Under the pieces are notes generated by a model. The model made no database searches and was not told the origin of the DNA. It worked only from the letters and a program-made list of their open reading frames with translations. From NCBI GenBank assembly GCA_965235115.1, contig OZ249438.1:9114001-9178000 (forward strand): 64,000 nucleotides of DNA, read 5' to 3'. The translations under genes and the position numbers were made by a program. Positions 25,566 to 38,588 of this stretch are shown here, in pieces. Every line of letters begins with the position of its first letter. The stretch's first letter is position 1. This stretch comes from Laetmonice hystrix. Taxonomy: Eukaryota.

Positions 25566-26299
25566 CGGTAGGGATGTTATGCGGGGTTACCGGTAAGAGG
25601 TAAGCAATTTATCCAAGCCCAGAGAAGTAGTTTGGGTTTGTCTAACATAAGCGTCACAAGCACATTGGCACCGTTGCCGTTCTACTGCTTTATTACTATG
25701 TTATTAAATATGCCTAAAATTTTTATAAGACCTTTTAGAAAGGTCATGTCACAGGACCGCCCCCCCCCCCCCCCAAAAAAAAACAGGGACTGGAGAGGAG
25801 GGGATCAAGCATTCAGTGCTATATTTATTAACTGCTGGATCAAGTATTGGGAAGTTTGGAATGAAAATTGTCCTCTCGGTCACCGAATTGAGATATGTCA
25901 AATAAAACGTGACTCATCCTAAGCCTGAATGAGAAATATCATCAGATCACTGACTACGAGCTAAAAGTTTAATACTAAATTATTTAAAATTTTCCGTTGG
26001 TTTCAAAAGGATCCAATTTAGATTGGAGTCATGTTGTCTGGACACAATCCCAGATATGATCTAGATTTTTCCCCCTAGAACTTGACTTGGTAATTGAAAT
26101 GTTGGACCAATCTCATGAATATTTGGTGGCCTTAGATGACGGATAATGTAGTGTGTGTCTTCCTAGCTGCCATGTTTGTTTAACCATGGCGGATTGTTAG
26201 TCTGTAGTGGTGAATCATGTCCTGTAGAGGAGCAGACGTGGGAGATGCAGGAGAAATATCATTTTGCTGCCAGGGACAAAAGTTGGTTCTTTTTGTGTA

Positions 26300-26620
26300 A
26301 AGGAGGTTTGAATGGCCCGGTCCAAATCGTGACTGGTGGATTTGACTTTGTAAGAGGATTGTTCGACGTGTTTTTGCAGTCACTTGATTTGAGGAGGGGG
26401 AGGGTAAAAAAACCTGGTCGGGTTGATTTCGCAGGGGAGAGTTTGAGTAAAAGCGGAAGTTTTTGGCCAGGTACATCGAGAATGGTGGAGGGACAGCAGA
26501 GGGTGTATATGTAGCGCTCACCAGATGGCCCCACCGATGTCGGTGTTTGGGACGACTTCAGGGACCCGGCGATAGGTAAGAGACCATAGAGAGGGGTGTT
26601 CAAACATCCTGGGGTAACAA
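26300..26620 (-). mobile_element. Possible relic of the 3' end of a CR1/L2-type LINE ORF2
   Basis: Frameshifted translation TPLYGLLPI.. / YIYTL / VPPPFSMYLAKNFRFYSNSPLRNQPDQVFLP is loosely like PLF..L.IL..FMYK..LP..F..YF..N..H.Y.TRN...LHLP. Confidence 0.3.
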
Positions 26621-26711
26621 ACGCCACCCCTGCACACACTCCTACCCCACTGACAGGCCGGCCCGGCAGTCACATCTCAGTCAGAGTGGTATCTGATAGT
26701 GCCGGTAGTAG

Positions 26712-26725
26712 CCTCCAGGGGGCGC
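26712..26725 (+). promoter_or_regulatory. CTCF-consensus-like motif
   Basis: cctccagggggcgc versus consensus CCASYAGRKGGCRS; similar motifs at 9374-9387 (-), 23992-24005, 59262-59275 and 62371-62384. Confidence 0.35.
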
Positions 26726-29700
26726 GGCGGGCGTATGTCAAGTTTTTGTTTTGGTCGTCTGCCGCCTGATTTCCCACTCAGGTGATTTGGGTGAGTCACA
26801 TCACACGCAGCGGTTCTTTGTCCACGTGAAACTTAATGGCGAATACCTTTTTTTCTTCTTTTAGAAATCTGACAAAAGGGTTCATTGAACGTGTAACCAG
26901 GTGGATGATGGGAACCTTCAGGGCGAGATCAGTCTGGGTGGGAAATTAAAACACGGACAATAGAGCGAGTTAAAAAAGTTTGAAAAGTTTCACCCTTTAA
27001 TTTCAAAGACGGAGTGTGAGGGGGAGGAGTGGTGTAAATAGAGTACTTCATGATGAAAGTTAGCTCATGTTTCAGTCAGTGAGAACCGAAATGGACTTTT
27101 GGACGTTAATAATCATAAAGTAGTCAATAATTAACAATAAATCGTGACTTTGACACTGGAGGGGCATAATATTATGGTGTTCAGGAAAGTCATCGATTTC
27201 ACAGGTGAGTCAAAAAAGATTTTTTTCTCAAAAAGTCAGGAAATGTAATATTGTTTGCTGGGACGTATAGGTATCGCCGATGGTAGACTAGTTCATGGTT
27301 TTCTTTTTTTGTGTAACGGAAAATTTTGAATCAAGTTTGTGTAAAAAGTAAGCCCACGTCTGCAAGAATTGGCGCGGGAACGTTTAGAGGGAAATTATTG
27401 AGGACAAAGTACATTTTGTACTTGCCGTTCGTAGATAAAGTTCCACACAGCGCATTCAATCATTTGTATGATCAATGTCTGATTAAAAACAAAAATGGAC
27501 GCAAAGGGGAAACATTAACATAAATTTTATGTTGATGGTATCCTTGGATGCAAACAAGATAAAATTAGGAGAATCGATATTGGTTTATTATCACAGCCAG
27601 CTGGGTGACTTTGCCCTCAGTACATAAACCGGGAGGTCGCCGTGTATTATGAGTCAATATTAGCACTCGCCAACGCCTAACTTTGTGAGACAGCAGGAGA
27701 CACTTCCAGCAGGGTTATGATGGATGGAAGAAGTTTAAGTCAAGGGAAGCTCTGTTTGCGGACACCGATCTAAGGGCATTCATTATTATTAGGCCCACAG
27801 CTTTTGTTTTCATACAGGGCTCCCGGGAAGTTCCCGGAGAGGGGTTTCTTATAGTATTATGATCTACCCTATCCACGTCAGATATAACCCAGACAAGGTT
27901 AGCTTTTTATTTTCTCTCTAAATGTCCTAAAGCCCCTCCCCCCTTCTATAAAAGAGCAAAAAATCTCAGTTGAAATCTTGCGTATCTGGCGAATATAGGC
28001 CTATATCTCTAGAACAGGATTTTGTTTAATGCTTTGTCATATAGAGTTTGAGAAAAGGGAAGCTATAGTACATCTGTTGATCGAGATGGTCCATTATTAT
28101 CATCTGTTCCCAATTTATTACCACCTGCTACTACATCAAGCCATGGAGGATGATATACAACACTGAAAGTGCACGAAATCAGTCTCACTGGTCGTGTGAA
28201 TGGGATACCTCGAGTGCGTACCAAGGTCATGAATAATTCATGAGCTCCATGCCCCAGGCAACCAATCAGAAGCGTAGGGTGTAGTGGCGAGGTGACCGTG
28301 CAGCAGTCGGTGTTTCCTCGAGCATGTAACGGCAGCCCTGTCCGTACAGACCCGGTCAATCCAGGTCCCACAGTCCGCTCTCTCTCAGGGAAAAAATAGT
28401 ACCCTCCGTCCACCAAAAACAGCTCAAGCGTGACCGCACCCCCTCCCCTCACCACCACCCGAGATTTTAGCGCCAAATTCAGGTGCGGACAAAACCGGGG
28501 CGGAGGGCGCCATGTGATGGAATTACCCGACGTGAAGGCTTTCATACCCCGGAGATTTCAGGGATTGTACTCTCACAGAGCCGATGGGATCCTGCCAACA
28601 TGGACACAGCGGGCGGCTACTGGAGGCCGTGTAGTAGGTAGGTGGGGGAGAGATTTGTAGGTCCTACAGTGGGAGTGTGTTTTTCTCCCTGCCATGCCGC
28701 CTGTGTGTTGTTTCTCAGGTGTGTGTGCTGTGAGTGTGGGGTGGTCGGGGTGAGTCACACTGCTCATAGCCTACTGTAGACTATAGACCGGTGTATATTG
28801 CCCCTGTGTCTGTGTGCCATTGACGGACCATCAACACATTGAAACGCACTGTCGGCATGGCCTCCTGAACTGAAGATGCCTCTGGTTAAGATTCTGTTTG
28901 GAAAACATTAAGGACGGGGGGAGCACCCCGGCCAGGATTTTGAAGGGGGCATGACCTATTAATTGACTACATGTACTGACAGGCATGAGGTATGGAGGCA
29001 GATGGCCCAATGATGCCTCCTATAAAATAGGTAGCCCTACCTATTGCCTGATTGTGGTGTCCCAATATATTGAACACATTCAAACGCATCCAGAAAGATT
29101 TCAGAAGTGAATTTCTCAGAATTTGTGTAGATTCAGAAACCACAACACAGTTGGTAGACCTGCTAACAAACGGTACCTTCCTTCAGTTCATAATGTGATA
29201 ATGACATACGCCTTTGACCCTCAGCGTCTGTTGGCCGGGATCGGTACCGGTAGGTCTAGGCCCTAGATCAGTAAAGTCTGTAGACGAATGGGCCTACTGG
29301 TATATAATTTGTATGACCCATATATTTCTAGGTGTGTCTGGTCGAGTTACATAATACTTACGTAACGTCCCATATAGTACCAGATAATCGTAACATGTTG
29401 GGTCAGATAGTGACATATATACTTATGTCACTATATGAGTTGGTTTCCCACCTTGTTATGGAAACACACGGACACAGTGAACAACACAAACATAGAAACC
29501 CCGTGTAGAATGGTCGCTTCCTCAAAACCTCATAACCTATTCTAGCCGTGACTTTTCGGTGACACTGAGTTCCATTTATAAAGTTGGATCATGAACTTCT
29601 ACCTAATCCCTGTCAGCAAGCACTGTTTGAGCGGCTTTCTGCATGCCTGCATTTAGACACAGCTCACCCACCCCAGCCAATAATTGTACCAGTCCATCTG

Positions 29701-30689
29701 TAACATGTACAGGGTCATTGCCTCGATGACCTGCTGAAAGCAGGTGTGGCCAGGGTCAAGTCTTGACCAGAGCTGTTATCAGGGTTATATTTATTTTACG
29801 CTCTGTCGGCAATATTTCACCCATTCTCATGGAGTGAATGCAAATTTTAAACATTCACTCGTGGGGCCTACTGGGCCACCGTGTGTCAGGGGGCACTTAG
29901 ATATAGATACAATTATAGTAGTACAGTACATTATGAGAGGTGGGGGTAATATTTACCCTGAAGGTCGTCGGTACGGAGAGGGAGGGTCGGGTCTGTGGTG
30001 GATCCAGGCCTGACTCGGATCAGATCAATATGATCGAGGCATGACGGTCAGGATGATGAGTGGTTGGTGAATGAGTGAATGAGTGAGTGAGTGAGTGGTG
30101 ATCGGTCAGTTATACCGTACGCCGGCTGGCGCAGTGTTTGAATGGGATCGTTGGTACACAACTAAATGCCACGTGGTCTACCCATATTGATACAGCAGAG
30201 CGATCCTGCCATTGACTGGTTAGGATTCCATATGGAACTGGGAGGTATTTACATGCAGTCTATAAATTTGTGTAATTAATCTGTAACGTGAGAAGCTATG
30301 TAAGGTCAGAGATATAGGAACGCCACTCATTTTAACGTGTTCGGGAGGTTATGTTGATTTTGAACTTTTTCAAGCTGTGTTTTCCTGTATAAAAAAGGCC
30401 CTTTCGATGCAATTTCTCCTGATTGCATTATAATCCAGAGATGGGTTAGCCAATTGAAATCCAAACCAAATATGTTTATAATTAGATTGGGCCGGGGTTG
30501 CTTAGGTCAAGCATGGATCTTTCGTAATGGTTGAAGGAACGCCTCCATGCATAATTAAAATGACGTATTTGATCCGCGGATTAGCATTAATTGCCAGTAC
30601 TCCCCTACATGAGGATCTAGGAGGAAATTCCTTATTTTGAGCCTGAAGTGGCACCATTCTCAGACTTCCGAGGGCTTGAGGTGGCACAG

Positions 30690-30790
30690 TGTACCAACGT
30701 ACCCAGGCCTGCGGACTGAAAGAACATGGCATGATTATATCATCAGGATCATCCCACAAGGGATTATCTCAAATGGGGTCAGTGTTTGCG
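30690..30790 (+). mobile_element. Possible LINE RT C-terminal relic
   Basis: TYPGLRTERTWHDYIIRII resembles KYLG..LDE.LTW.DHI..I. Confidence 0.3.
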
Positions 30791-32867
30791 TGCTGGAGCG
30801 TCACACCCGGGGGATTACAGGCTGATTTACATGGACTAGGATTATTCAGCGGGGGTGTAAAAAATGGCTGATCATGGGGCAGAGACGCTGTAGTTGTAAG
30901 GGTCCATGGTGTTGTTAGCATATAGCCACCCTCTAATGGAGGTATAGACGAGCAAGGTTAGGGCCTACTGAAGCTTGGAGTACATGTACATGTTATTTTG
31001 CGAAGAGACAGATATTTTTAGTATAGTAGTTTACAAGCGCTCACGAGGAGGACTTCCTGCTAAAGCGGTGCAGACATTGGAGAAGGTATGTGACCAAGCT
31101 GGGTTTGAATGGTCAGTTTGAAACACCTTGACTTGAAGGTTGTGAGTTATATCAAGTTCAGGCTGTGATGGCTGCCAGGGATGTTGGCCTCAAGTTGTGA
31201 GAGGATCTGGACTGGGCAGCTCGGAGAGGGAGGAGAGGATGAACAGATGGTCAGGCCGCCCAGTCATCTGTGGTTACATCTCGAGATCCTAAAAGCTGTA
31301 GGTTTTCAGTGCCTCTAAACTGTGTACATTGCAGATTGTGTGATATAAGCACAATACCGTTATCTCTTAATCTGAATTGTCTATAAGAATATCCCATACT
31401 TGGAGAATTAGGTCAGGTCAGGTCAGGAGTCAGGAGATTAGAACTGGAAGGAAGTAGGTCAGGTATTGATGATTTTGATGAACAGAAGGACCCTTTTCCA
31501 GCAGTAGGAGGAGCCTCTTCAAATCCTATTTTAAGATTAGGGGTGTTGGCAGTGAAGCTGGGAATGGAGGGAGCCAGCCAGCAGGTAGAGTTCAGACCTC
31601 AGGGTGCCAGAGAGGGAGAGAGGGAGTAAAGAGAGAAGATAATGGAGTAAGATGAGTAGGTGTGATTAGGGATTCAGAAGGACGGTTAGGTGAAGGAGAG
31701 AAACCCTGTCATTTAGTCGGGAGACGAAATCATGTGATGTGACAGTTTAGTAGGCAAGGGATACTTGGATTTTCAATGCATTCATTCATTCATTGTTTAG
31801 TGCATTCATTGTTTAGTACATGGGTGTCACAGGAACGGTAGGTCATGTTTTTGGTAAAGGAATTCAGTTTTAAATCACATGTTAAGCTTACAGTATGGAG
31901 TATGAGTTTTATGGTGTGAAACCAGAAAAAGAAGTCTGTTGTGTGGATGTGATTAGTGAATTGATGATACCCAGACATGGAAGCGTTCTCAGATGGTTGA
32001 GTTTTATAAGAATCAGTCTTGTCTTCACGGAAGATCAGTACCGGGTGAGTTGGTTGTTTGTGACCCAGAGTGGTAGACCCGACCGGCAGCCGGTTTCCCA
32101 TTTTGAAAATTCCGCCATTTTAGAAGTTCCGAGTATTATTTTTGCGCTTGCGTCAATGGACTGGCCGTAAATAATGTGATATTGGTGGTGGGATGGATAC
32201 ATAGTGAGGAGAGAAAAAGTTGATCGATGATAATTGGCAGTGTTTCCATGACGTAGTTCTATGGATGGTAGTTCTGACAGGGGCTGGAATCGGTTTACCT
32301 ATGGGAATGTGTTATGATTGGAGTTGTCATGGTAACGGGTGCTGGGGTTGGGTCACGCATGATGCAGTAGTCGGTCATGCAAGAAGGCGAGGAAGCATGC
32401 GACTTTTTGCTCTGTGACTTCATGGCACGGGGAGAAATAATTGTTTGGGGAGATAACGATATGTTAACGAGTTGTCATGGAATGGGGCACCCCCCCCCCC
32501 CCCCCTCCAGCCAAATCACCACCAAAAAAGTGGTTAAACCACTCAGCTGAAATCATAGTGGTGAGCTGATATAATGCTGTGGTCGTAATATTGTACTTGT
32601 TACATTTTAATTACGTGAGGTTCCATTGTATAACTTCCAGGGCAGCGCATAGCGAGGTCTGCATTAGTTGAAATAGATAATTGGGAGAAGGTCCAATGAT
32701 TGGTGTATTCTTCGGTCGCCTTGTCACTTAGCTCCGCAATGCATCAATCTGCTTATACTCTCCCTGATGGAGTGAACCTTGGATATTTGTAAGGCAGAGA
32801 GTAATACCTGTTTTACAAAATCCACCGATATAGTACTCGAGCCGTTCCGAGGTGAGAGTTGTTCACT

Positions 32868-32958
32868 GGAGCCTGCCCAGCTCACTCACTCACCCTAGCA
32901 GAGAGAGGTGGTGGAACCTGCCCAGCTCACTCACTCACCCCAGCAGAGGGAGGTGGTG
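32868..32958. repeat. 45-bp tandem duplication (2 copies)
   Basis: cctgcccagctcactcactcaccc(t/c)agcagag(a/g)gaggtggtg at 32872 and 32917. Confidence 0.9.
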
Positions 32959-33513
32959 AATGCACTGAGCGACCCCTTGGACGACCGTATGAAGTGACCA
33001 TCCAGATGGCACGGTCTGAGGGCGGCAAATAGTCTTTGATCCGCTTTGTCTGCCGCCTGCTCCCTCTGAGGTCCTTGTTTGTTCTCCGCCAGCAGAGGAC
33101 TTTCGGAATGACATGTCGTGTGACCAAGAGAAGGGGGGAGGGGGTCAATGACTGGCCTTACGGTGGCTAAGTCATGTTATCCTTTTATAGTACAAACTGT
33201 TTTTATAAATTATGACCTTTAACTACTGTGGGTATTACTTAAAATCCGAGATAAGGAATTACTTACGACCGCATCTCCCTTCATGGATCTTACTTCGTCT
33301 GGAAAGCCGTATGGGGGGGGGGGGCACTTGCACCCTAGAAAAGCGGGAAAAACTGCCCTTTCTTAGGTCCCCTAAGTACCCTTTTGTACCCCATACTGCC
33401 CCGTTGCAATTTTGGTAGAGTATGACCTTGCAGAACCACGGCTTGCTCCATGAATTTAAAGGTCCCTGTGGGCAGTATGCGTGTTTTACCCTCCGCGTAG
33501 GCCTGGAATACGT

Positions 33514-34402
33514 GGTGAAGGTGGATTGTGGAGCTGTGCGTACAGGTGGATGTCGGGAGGGAGTGGGGAGACTGAAGGATTGAGAATGCTGACCGGGCTC
33601 GATGGTCTGTCCGGTGAAGGTGGATTGTGGAGCTGTGCGTACAGGTGGATGTCGGGAGGGAGTGGGGAGACTGAAGGATTGAGAATGCTGACCGGGCTCG
33701 ATGGTCTGTCCGGTGAAGGTGGATTGTGGAGCTGTGCGTACAGGTGGATGTCGGGAGGGAGTGGGGAGACTGAAGGATTGAGAATGCTGACCGGGCTCGA
33801 TGGTCTGTCTGGTGAAGGTGGATTGTGGAGCTGTGCGTACAGGTGGATGTCGGGAGGGAGTGGGGAGACTGAAGGATTGAGAATGCTGACCGGGCTCGAT
33901 GGTCTGTCCGGTGAAGGTGGATTGTGGAGCTGTGCGTACAGGTGGATGTCGGGAGGGAGTGGGGAGACTGAAGGATTGAGAATGCTGACCGGGCTCGATG
34001 GTCTGTCCGGTGAAGGTGGATTGTGGAGCTGTGCGTACAGGTGGATGTCGGGAGGGAGTGGGGAGACTGAAGGATTGAGAATGCTGACCGGGCTCGATGG
34101 TCTGTCTGGTGAAGGTGGATTGTGGAGCTGTGCGTACAGGTGGATGTCGGGAGGGAGTGGGGAGACTGAAGGATTGAGAATGCTGACCGGGCTCGATGGT
34201 CTGTCCGGTGAAGGTGGATTGTGGAGCTGTGCGTACAGGTGGATGTCGGGAGGGAGTGGGGAGACTGAAGGATTGAGAATGCTGACCGGGCTCGATGGTC
34301 TGTCCGGTGAAGGTGGATTGTGGAGCTGTGCGTACAGGTGGATGTCGGGAGGGAGTGGGGAGACTGAAGTTTTGAGAATGCTGACCGGGGGCGATGGTTT
34401 GT
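33514..34402. repeat. 99-bp minisatellite, ~9 near-identical copies
   Basis: ccggtgaagg at 33611, 33710 and onward; source of the 359-aa and 388-aa ORFs. Confidence 0.97.
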
Positions 34403-35080
34403 CGTATCGTGTTCAGACGCATCATGTCAACAAGAGTCTGGGCCGCCGGGCAGGGTTCTATTCTCAGGCTAATATTAACATTGGTTGGTGCTGTTGTAGC
34501 ATGTCAGCTTGCCAGGCCAGAGAAAGCGGCAAGGCGTTATGTTTAAAAAAAATTCCATGATTATATCGCTTACCATCTTGTTCCCCGTCATGGAAACGAT
34601 CATGTTTTATTTTTCAGGCGGAGAGGATATTAAGGGTTGAACCTTTGGCCTAGTTTATGAGTACACATCAATAAGATGTATAGATCCTGATATTGGACAG
34701 ATATTGGATTATCCTAGCCGGTTGGAATAATCCAGTTATACTGTCGACTGACCCTCAACTCAGTCCATTCAAGTCGAGTCAGTCGGCTCAAACACGACAA
34801 GATTTGTCTTTCACCTCATTCCTACCTGAGGAGGTCACGTGACTCGCCGTTACCCTGTTCTCTGGGGGTACATGTTGATGGGTTACTAGGGTAACCAGAA
34901 ATGATGATTCTGGACAGGGTGGTGGGGTGGTGGTGTAGGGGGTGAGGGTGAGATTCTGACAGTTCCCCTTGGGGATCCTCAGCAGCCAAGTGATGAGAAT
35001 TCATCAGGAGAACCTTCTAGGTCCCTTCTCGGTCTTTTCTTCGGTCAGCCAGTCTTCATATCAGCGAGGCCATAATTTGG

Positions 35081-35290
35081 TTGTTAAATGTTCAGTCACT
35101 AGGCCGAATTTTTGACAATACCTGTAACAATGCAGTTCTTTTAGGTTATTTGTTAATTGGTATTCATCCCTTATGTTTGTGAACAATATCTTTCCAAGCA
35201 TTCCATCTCCACACTCCCTGGTTTGATCTGAAGTTTCCAAGATATATCACATTTGGGAACACAAGTGGAAGTATTCATTAGGAGTTATAT
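35081..35290 (+). mobile_element. Possible relic of a LINE APE endonuclease N-terminus
   Basis: Across a frameshift and a stop: LLNVQSL ... IGI / VCEQYL ... LPG ... GTQVEVFIR, in the order of the APE motifs N(V/I)QSL, CET.L, IPGY, GGGVAIYIR. Confidence 0.25.
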
Positions 35291-36070
35291 TTTCCTAGTT
35301 TCACTGTTAACAGTTTTCCCATGTTCGCTGTGCTGTCAAGGCACCTCGCCATTGGTTTTATTCATTAGATCTCTCAGTACTCGAGTGACTACAAGTTTGA
35401 TCATTTGGCCGGACAGTGAATCACGACTGGCGGCCATAACTTGACCATAAAGTGACCATAACTGTCGGTGGCCGGCAGGTCAGTTTGACCGACATCCGAG
35501 AGCTGGCCACTGCTCGCCGCCCCTTTATGTAAAACGGCTTTACGGGACTAATCTACGGCCTCTTCGGAAAGTGTAAAATGCAGAGTTGGGTGGGGGCGCC
35601 AATAATCAAATCTGCTCCCCACATCACACTGCGTTCAGAATAATTACAATATTTTAAATTTGACTCGGTCATTTCATGCTGCAGCACTTGCCGTCAAATA
35701 TACTGCTACAGTGGTAAGGCTGGTGGTAAGACAATAGTTAACCGGTCCTAAACAAACACCGTCAGACAGGGGACTTCTGGAGTTACCGGTCCCTGTACGG
35801 CCACGTTTAGACAGAGAGAGATAAAAAGGAAGAACCCTAACAACATTCGGAAAGTTATGGAAATTTGGTGTGAGCACAAAAGATTTTATGTTAATTATAA
35901 AGGCATGAACCCACACGCCGTAGTGGTCCTTTTTGTGGTTTCTTTCTCCTCCCAGGTTCGGTCAGGTGGGGAGTTTAGACAGTGACTACATCTGTTCAGT
36001 GGTGTATACATGTACTTGTAGTGTCACACACCCATACCCCTACCTCCGGTATTATAAATTGACGCCTCCC

Positions 36071-36630
36071 ACAACTCGCGGCCAGTCGACGTCTGATACC
36101 GGGAGGAGTACCACGTCCAGTTACAAGTGTCAGTTTACGGTTAGAATCGTAACGAATAGACAGACGGCCTGATACAGGTATGTGACGAGTTCATCCTCGC
36201 TGAGTGTGGAAGGTGAAGGTTACAGATCATGTCTGGTCTGAGGAGGCCGCGGCAGGTGGACAACTCGCGGTCAGTCGACGTCTGATACCGGGAGGAGTAC
36301 CAGGTCCAGTTACAAGTGTCAGTTTACGGTTAGAATCGTAACGAATAGACAGACGGCCTGATACAGGTATGTGACGAGTTCATCCTCGCTGAGTGTGGAA
36401 GGTGAAGGTTATGTCTAGTATGAGGAGGCCGCGGCAGGTGGACAACTCGCGGCCAGTCGACGTCTGATACCGGGAGGAGTACCAGGTCCAGTTACAAGTG
36501 TCAGTTTACGGTTAGAATCGTAACGAATAGACAGACGGCCTGATACAGGTATGTGACGAGTTCATCCTCGCTGAGTGTGGAAGGTGAAGGTTACAGATCA
36601 TGTCTGGTCTGAGGAGGCCGCGGCAGGTGG
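36071..36630. repeat. ~185-bp unit in 3 tandem copies (periods 189 and 182)
   Basis: acaactcgcgg at 36071, 36260 and 36442; highly similar copies. Confidence 0.97.
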
Positions 36631-37569
36631 GTTGTCTAGGGCGCTTTTGTGGTGATCTGTCTGGGTTTGCATCCCAGTCGTGCTTTATCATGTGGAAAGG
36701 TTTGTTAAAATAGGTTGGTGCAGGATGGTGGTATGACACAGATCTATTAAACTCCCAAAGTGTCCAACTCCAATTTTTATTTGCTATTTTCTATTCAAGA
36801 GATAATATTAGATGAACTCTGATTAATATCGGATGAGAACATCAATAAAAATACACTCGGAAATATTGTGGACATGTATGTTCAGTCTGTTAAATTTAGT
36901 TCTAAGCGCCTTATTTAGACTCAACCCCTGACCCCGAGGGTGAGAGTCAGCAGGTGTCACCTTGGTTGAGGTCAGGGCCAATACCGTGGTTATGGCACGC
37001 CCGGGTACCGTTAGTTCACACCTCGGTCTGAGGACCCCTCCCCCGGCCTGTGGTCACAGCTGGCCGCCATGTTTATATAGTCGTCACTGACTTACGATTA
37101 CTGAACGCAAACAAACATAGACCATCACCTGGTCGTCATAGAAACATACAGGGAGGATGGGGGTCGTGTTAGCTTTGATGGAACAGGGATTTACCTTTGT
37201 CGGACTGGGATGGAGGTGAGGGGTTGTACTGTGTGCAGGTTTTTGAGGTACCAACTGGAACCATTAGTTCTCACGGGGAGGAGGTGGTGATGGGCCTTGT
37301 TGTATTGTTGTCATGGTTACCATCTGGTGGTCGTTACCCAAGGTAGTGGTGGGTGTCTTGAAAAAGACCAGGAACAGATGGTGGGGGGGGGGGGGGGGTG
37401 TCTCCACCAGTAAGGCAGTAAGGTGCACCTTCTTCTTTACAACATCGGAGGTGTGATGGCATGTTGTAAAGACGAAGTGTAGGGATGAACAAAATTGTTG
37501 GTCACTGTGGCAGCAATTCAACACGGAATCTTGGGGAGAACCCTGGAATTACAGACGTCAGATGGTGGC

Positions 37570-37790
37570 AATGTCGCCCAGGGTTATTCCCTGAGGTGTA
37601 TCTCTATCCTGGATGAATTTTCTCTATATTATAATGATATAGTCGAACGGGTTTATGTGTGCTATTATACGGAGGGAATATTCCCGAACTACCTAAAGGT
37701 GGGCCATACAACACCCCCCGACCGGCAGTGGTGTGTAGGTCGGTTTTGATGTGGCCTAGAAATATTTTTCTGGACTCCAAACAACATGGC
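37570..37790 (+). mobile_element. Decayed CR1/L2-type LINE ORF2 fragment (RT N-terminal region)
   Basis: CYYTEGIFPNYLKVGHTTP (37669-37716 for TEG..TP) matches SL..GIFP..LK.A.V.P; followed in a shifted frame by RSVLMWPRNIF, similar to RPISVLP.FSKIF. Confidence 0.5.
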
Positions 37791-38588
37791 CATAAACCAG
37801 GTGTGGGTAATGTACATATACCTGTCTTCACACCTGGACATCACCTGGGGAGGTACACGTGGTGGACGTCACCCACTGCCTGGGTGGGGGAAAACTCTAG
37901 TGGTAAGGGGGGTTCGGGTTGATCCACCCCACTCCCCTGAGGCTGTGAGTGGGAGTACTTGGGAACAGACAAGTACAGCTTGACCCATCGCCTCTACAGG
38001 AAGGCTCAACACTGAGATAGGATCGCTTGAGGCTGATTACTTACCCACTTTTGCGCTCTGACTTTACTGTGGCCATAGGGAAAAAGGAGAAAGAATATTG
38101 CTTTAATTTCAAGGCCGTTGTAGAAATTATAAGGCTACCTCACTGAAATTGAATTCTATTTTAAGCAGAGATCAAGACCATGAGTCGAGAGAGGACAGAG
38201 ACTACTTGAATCCCTTAATAATATTTTTTTCAATTTCTAAGTAATAAATGTACAAAAAAAGTCTATCTCAGTATCCAGCGGGTTTCTGCAAATTTTCAAC
38301 CAAAGAACAAGAAGCAGGGTGTGAGACGCAGATATGTGTTGGTGTGGTCTGTTCACGCAGATGTAGACTTTACCTGGTCAGTGAAAATTGCCAACCAAAA
38401 AAAAAGAAGAAGAGAAAAAAAAATGAGAAAAGATAATAAAGTCTGCCCATACCTGGTACAGCTTGCCACCAGCACACAGGTGATGGCGCCAGGTGAGAAT
38501 TGGTTTGATAAACCGACAGTAGCCGTAGTCTGGGACAGTAATTATCGGATCGGACTGGGCCAGGCCGTCAGCTGGGGCAGGGCAGGCA

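Noticed and set aside
33259-34560. 388-aa and 359-aa ORFs
   Set aside because: Products of the 99-bp array (length divisible by 3)
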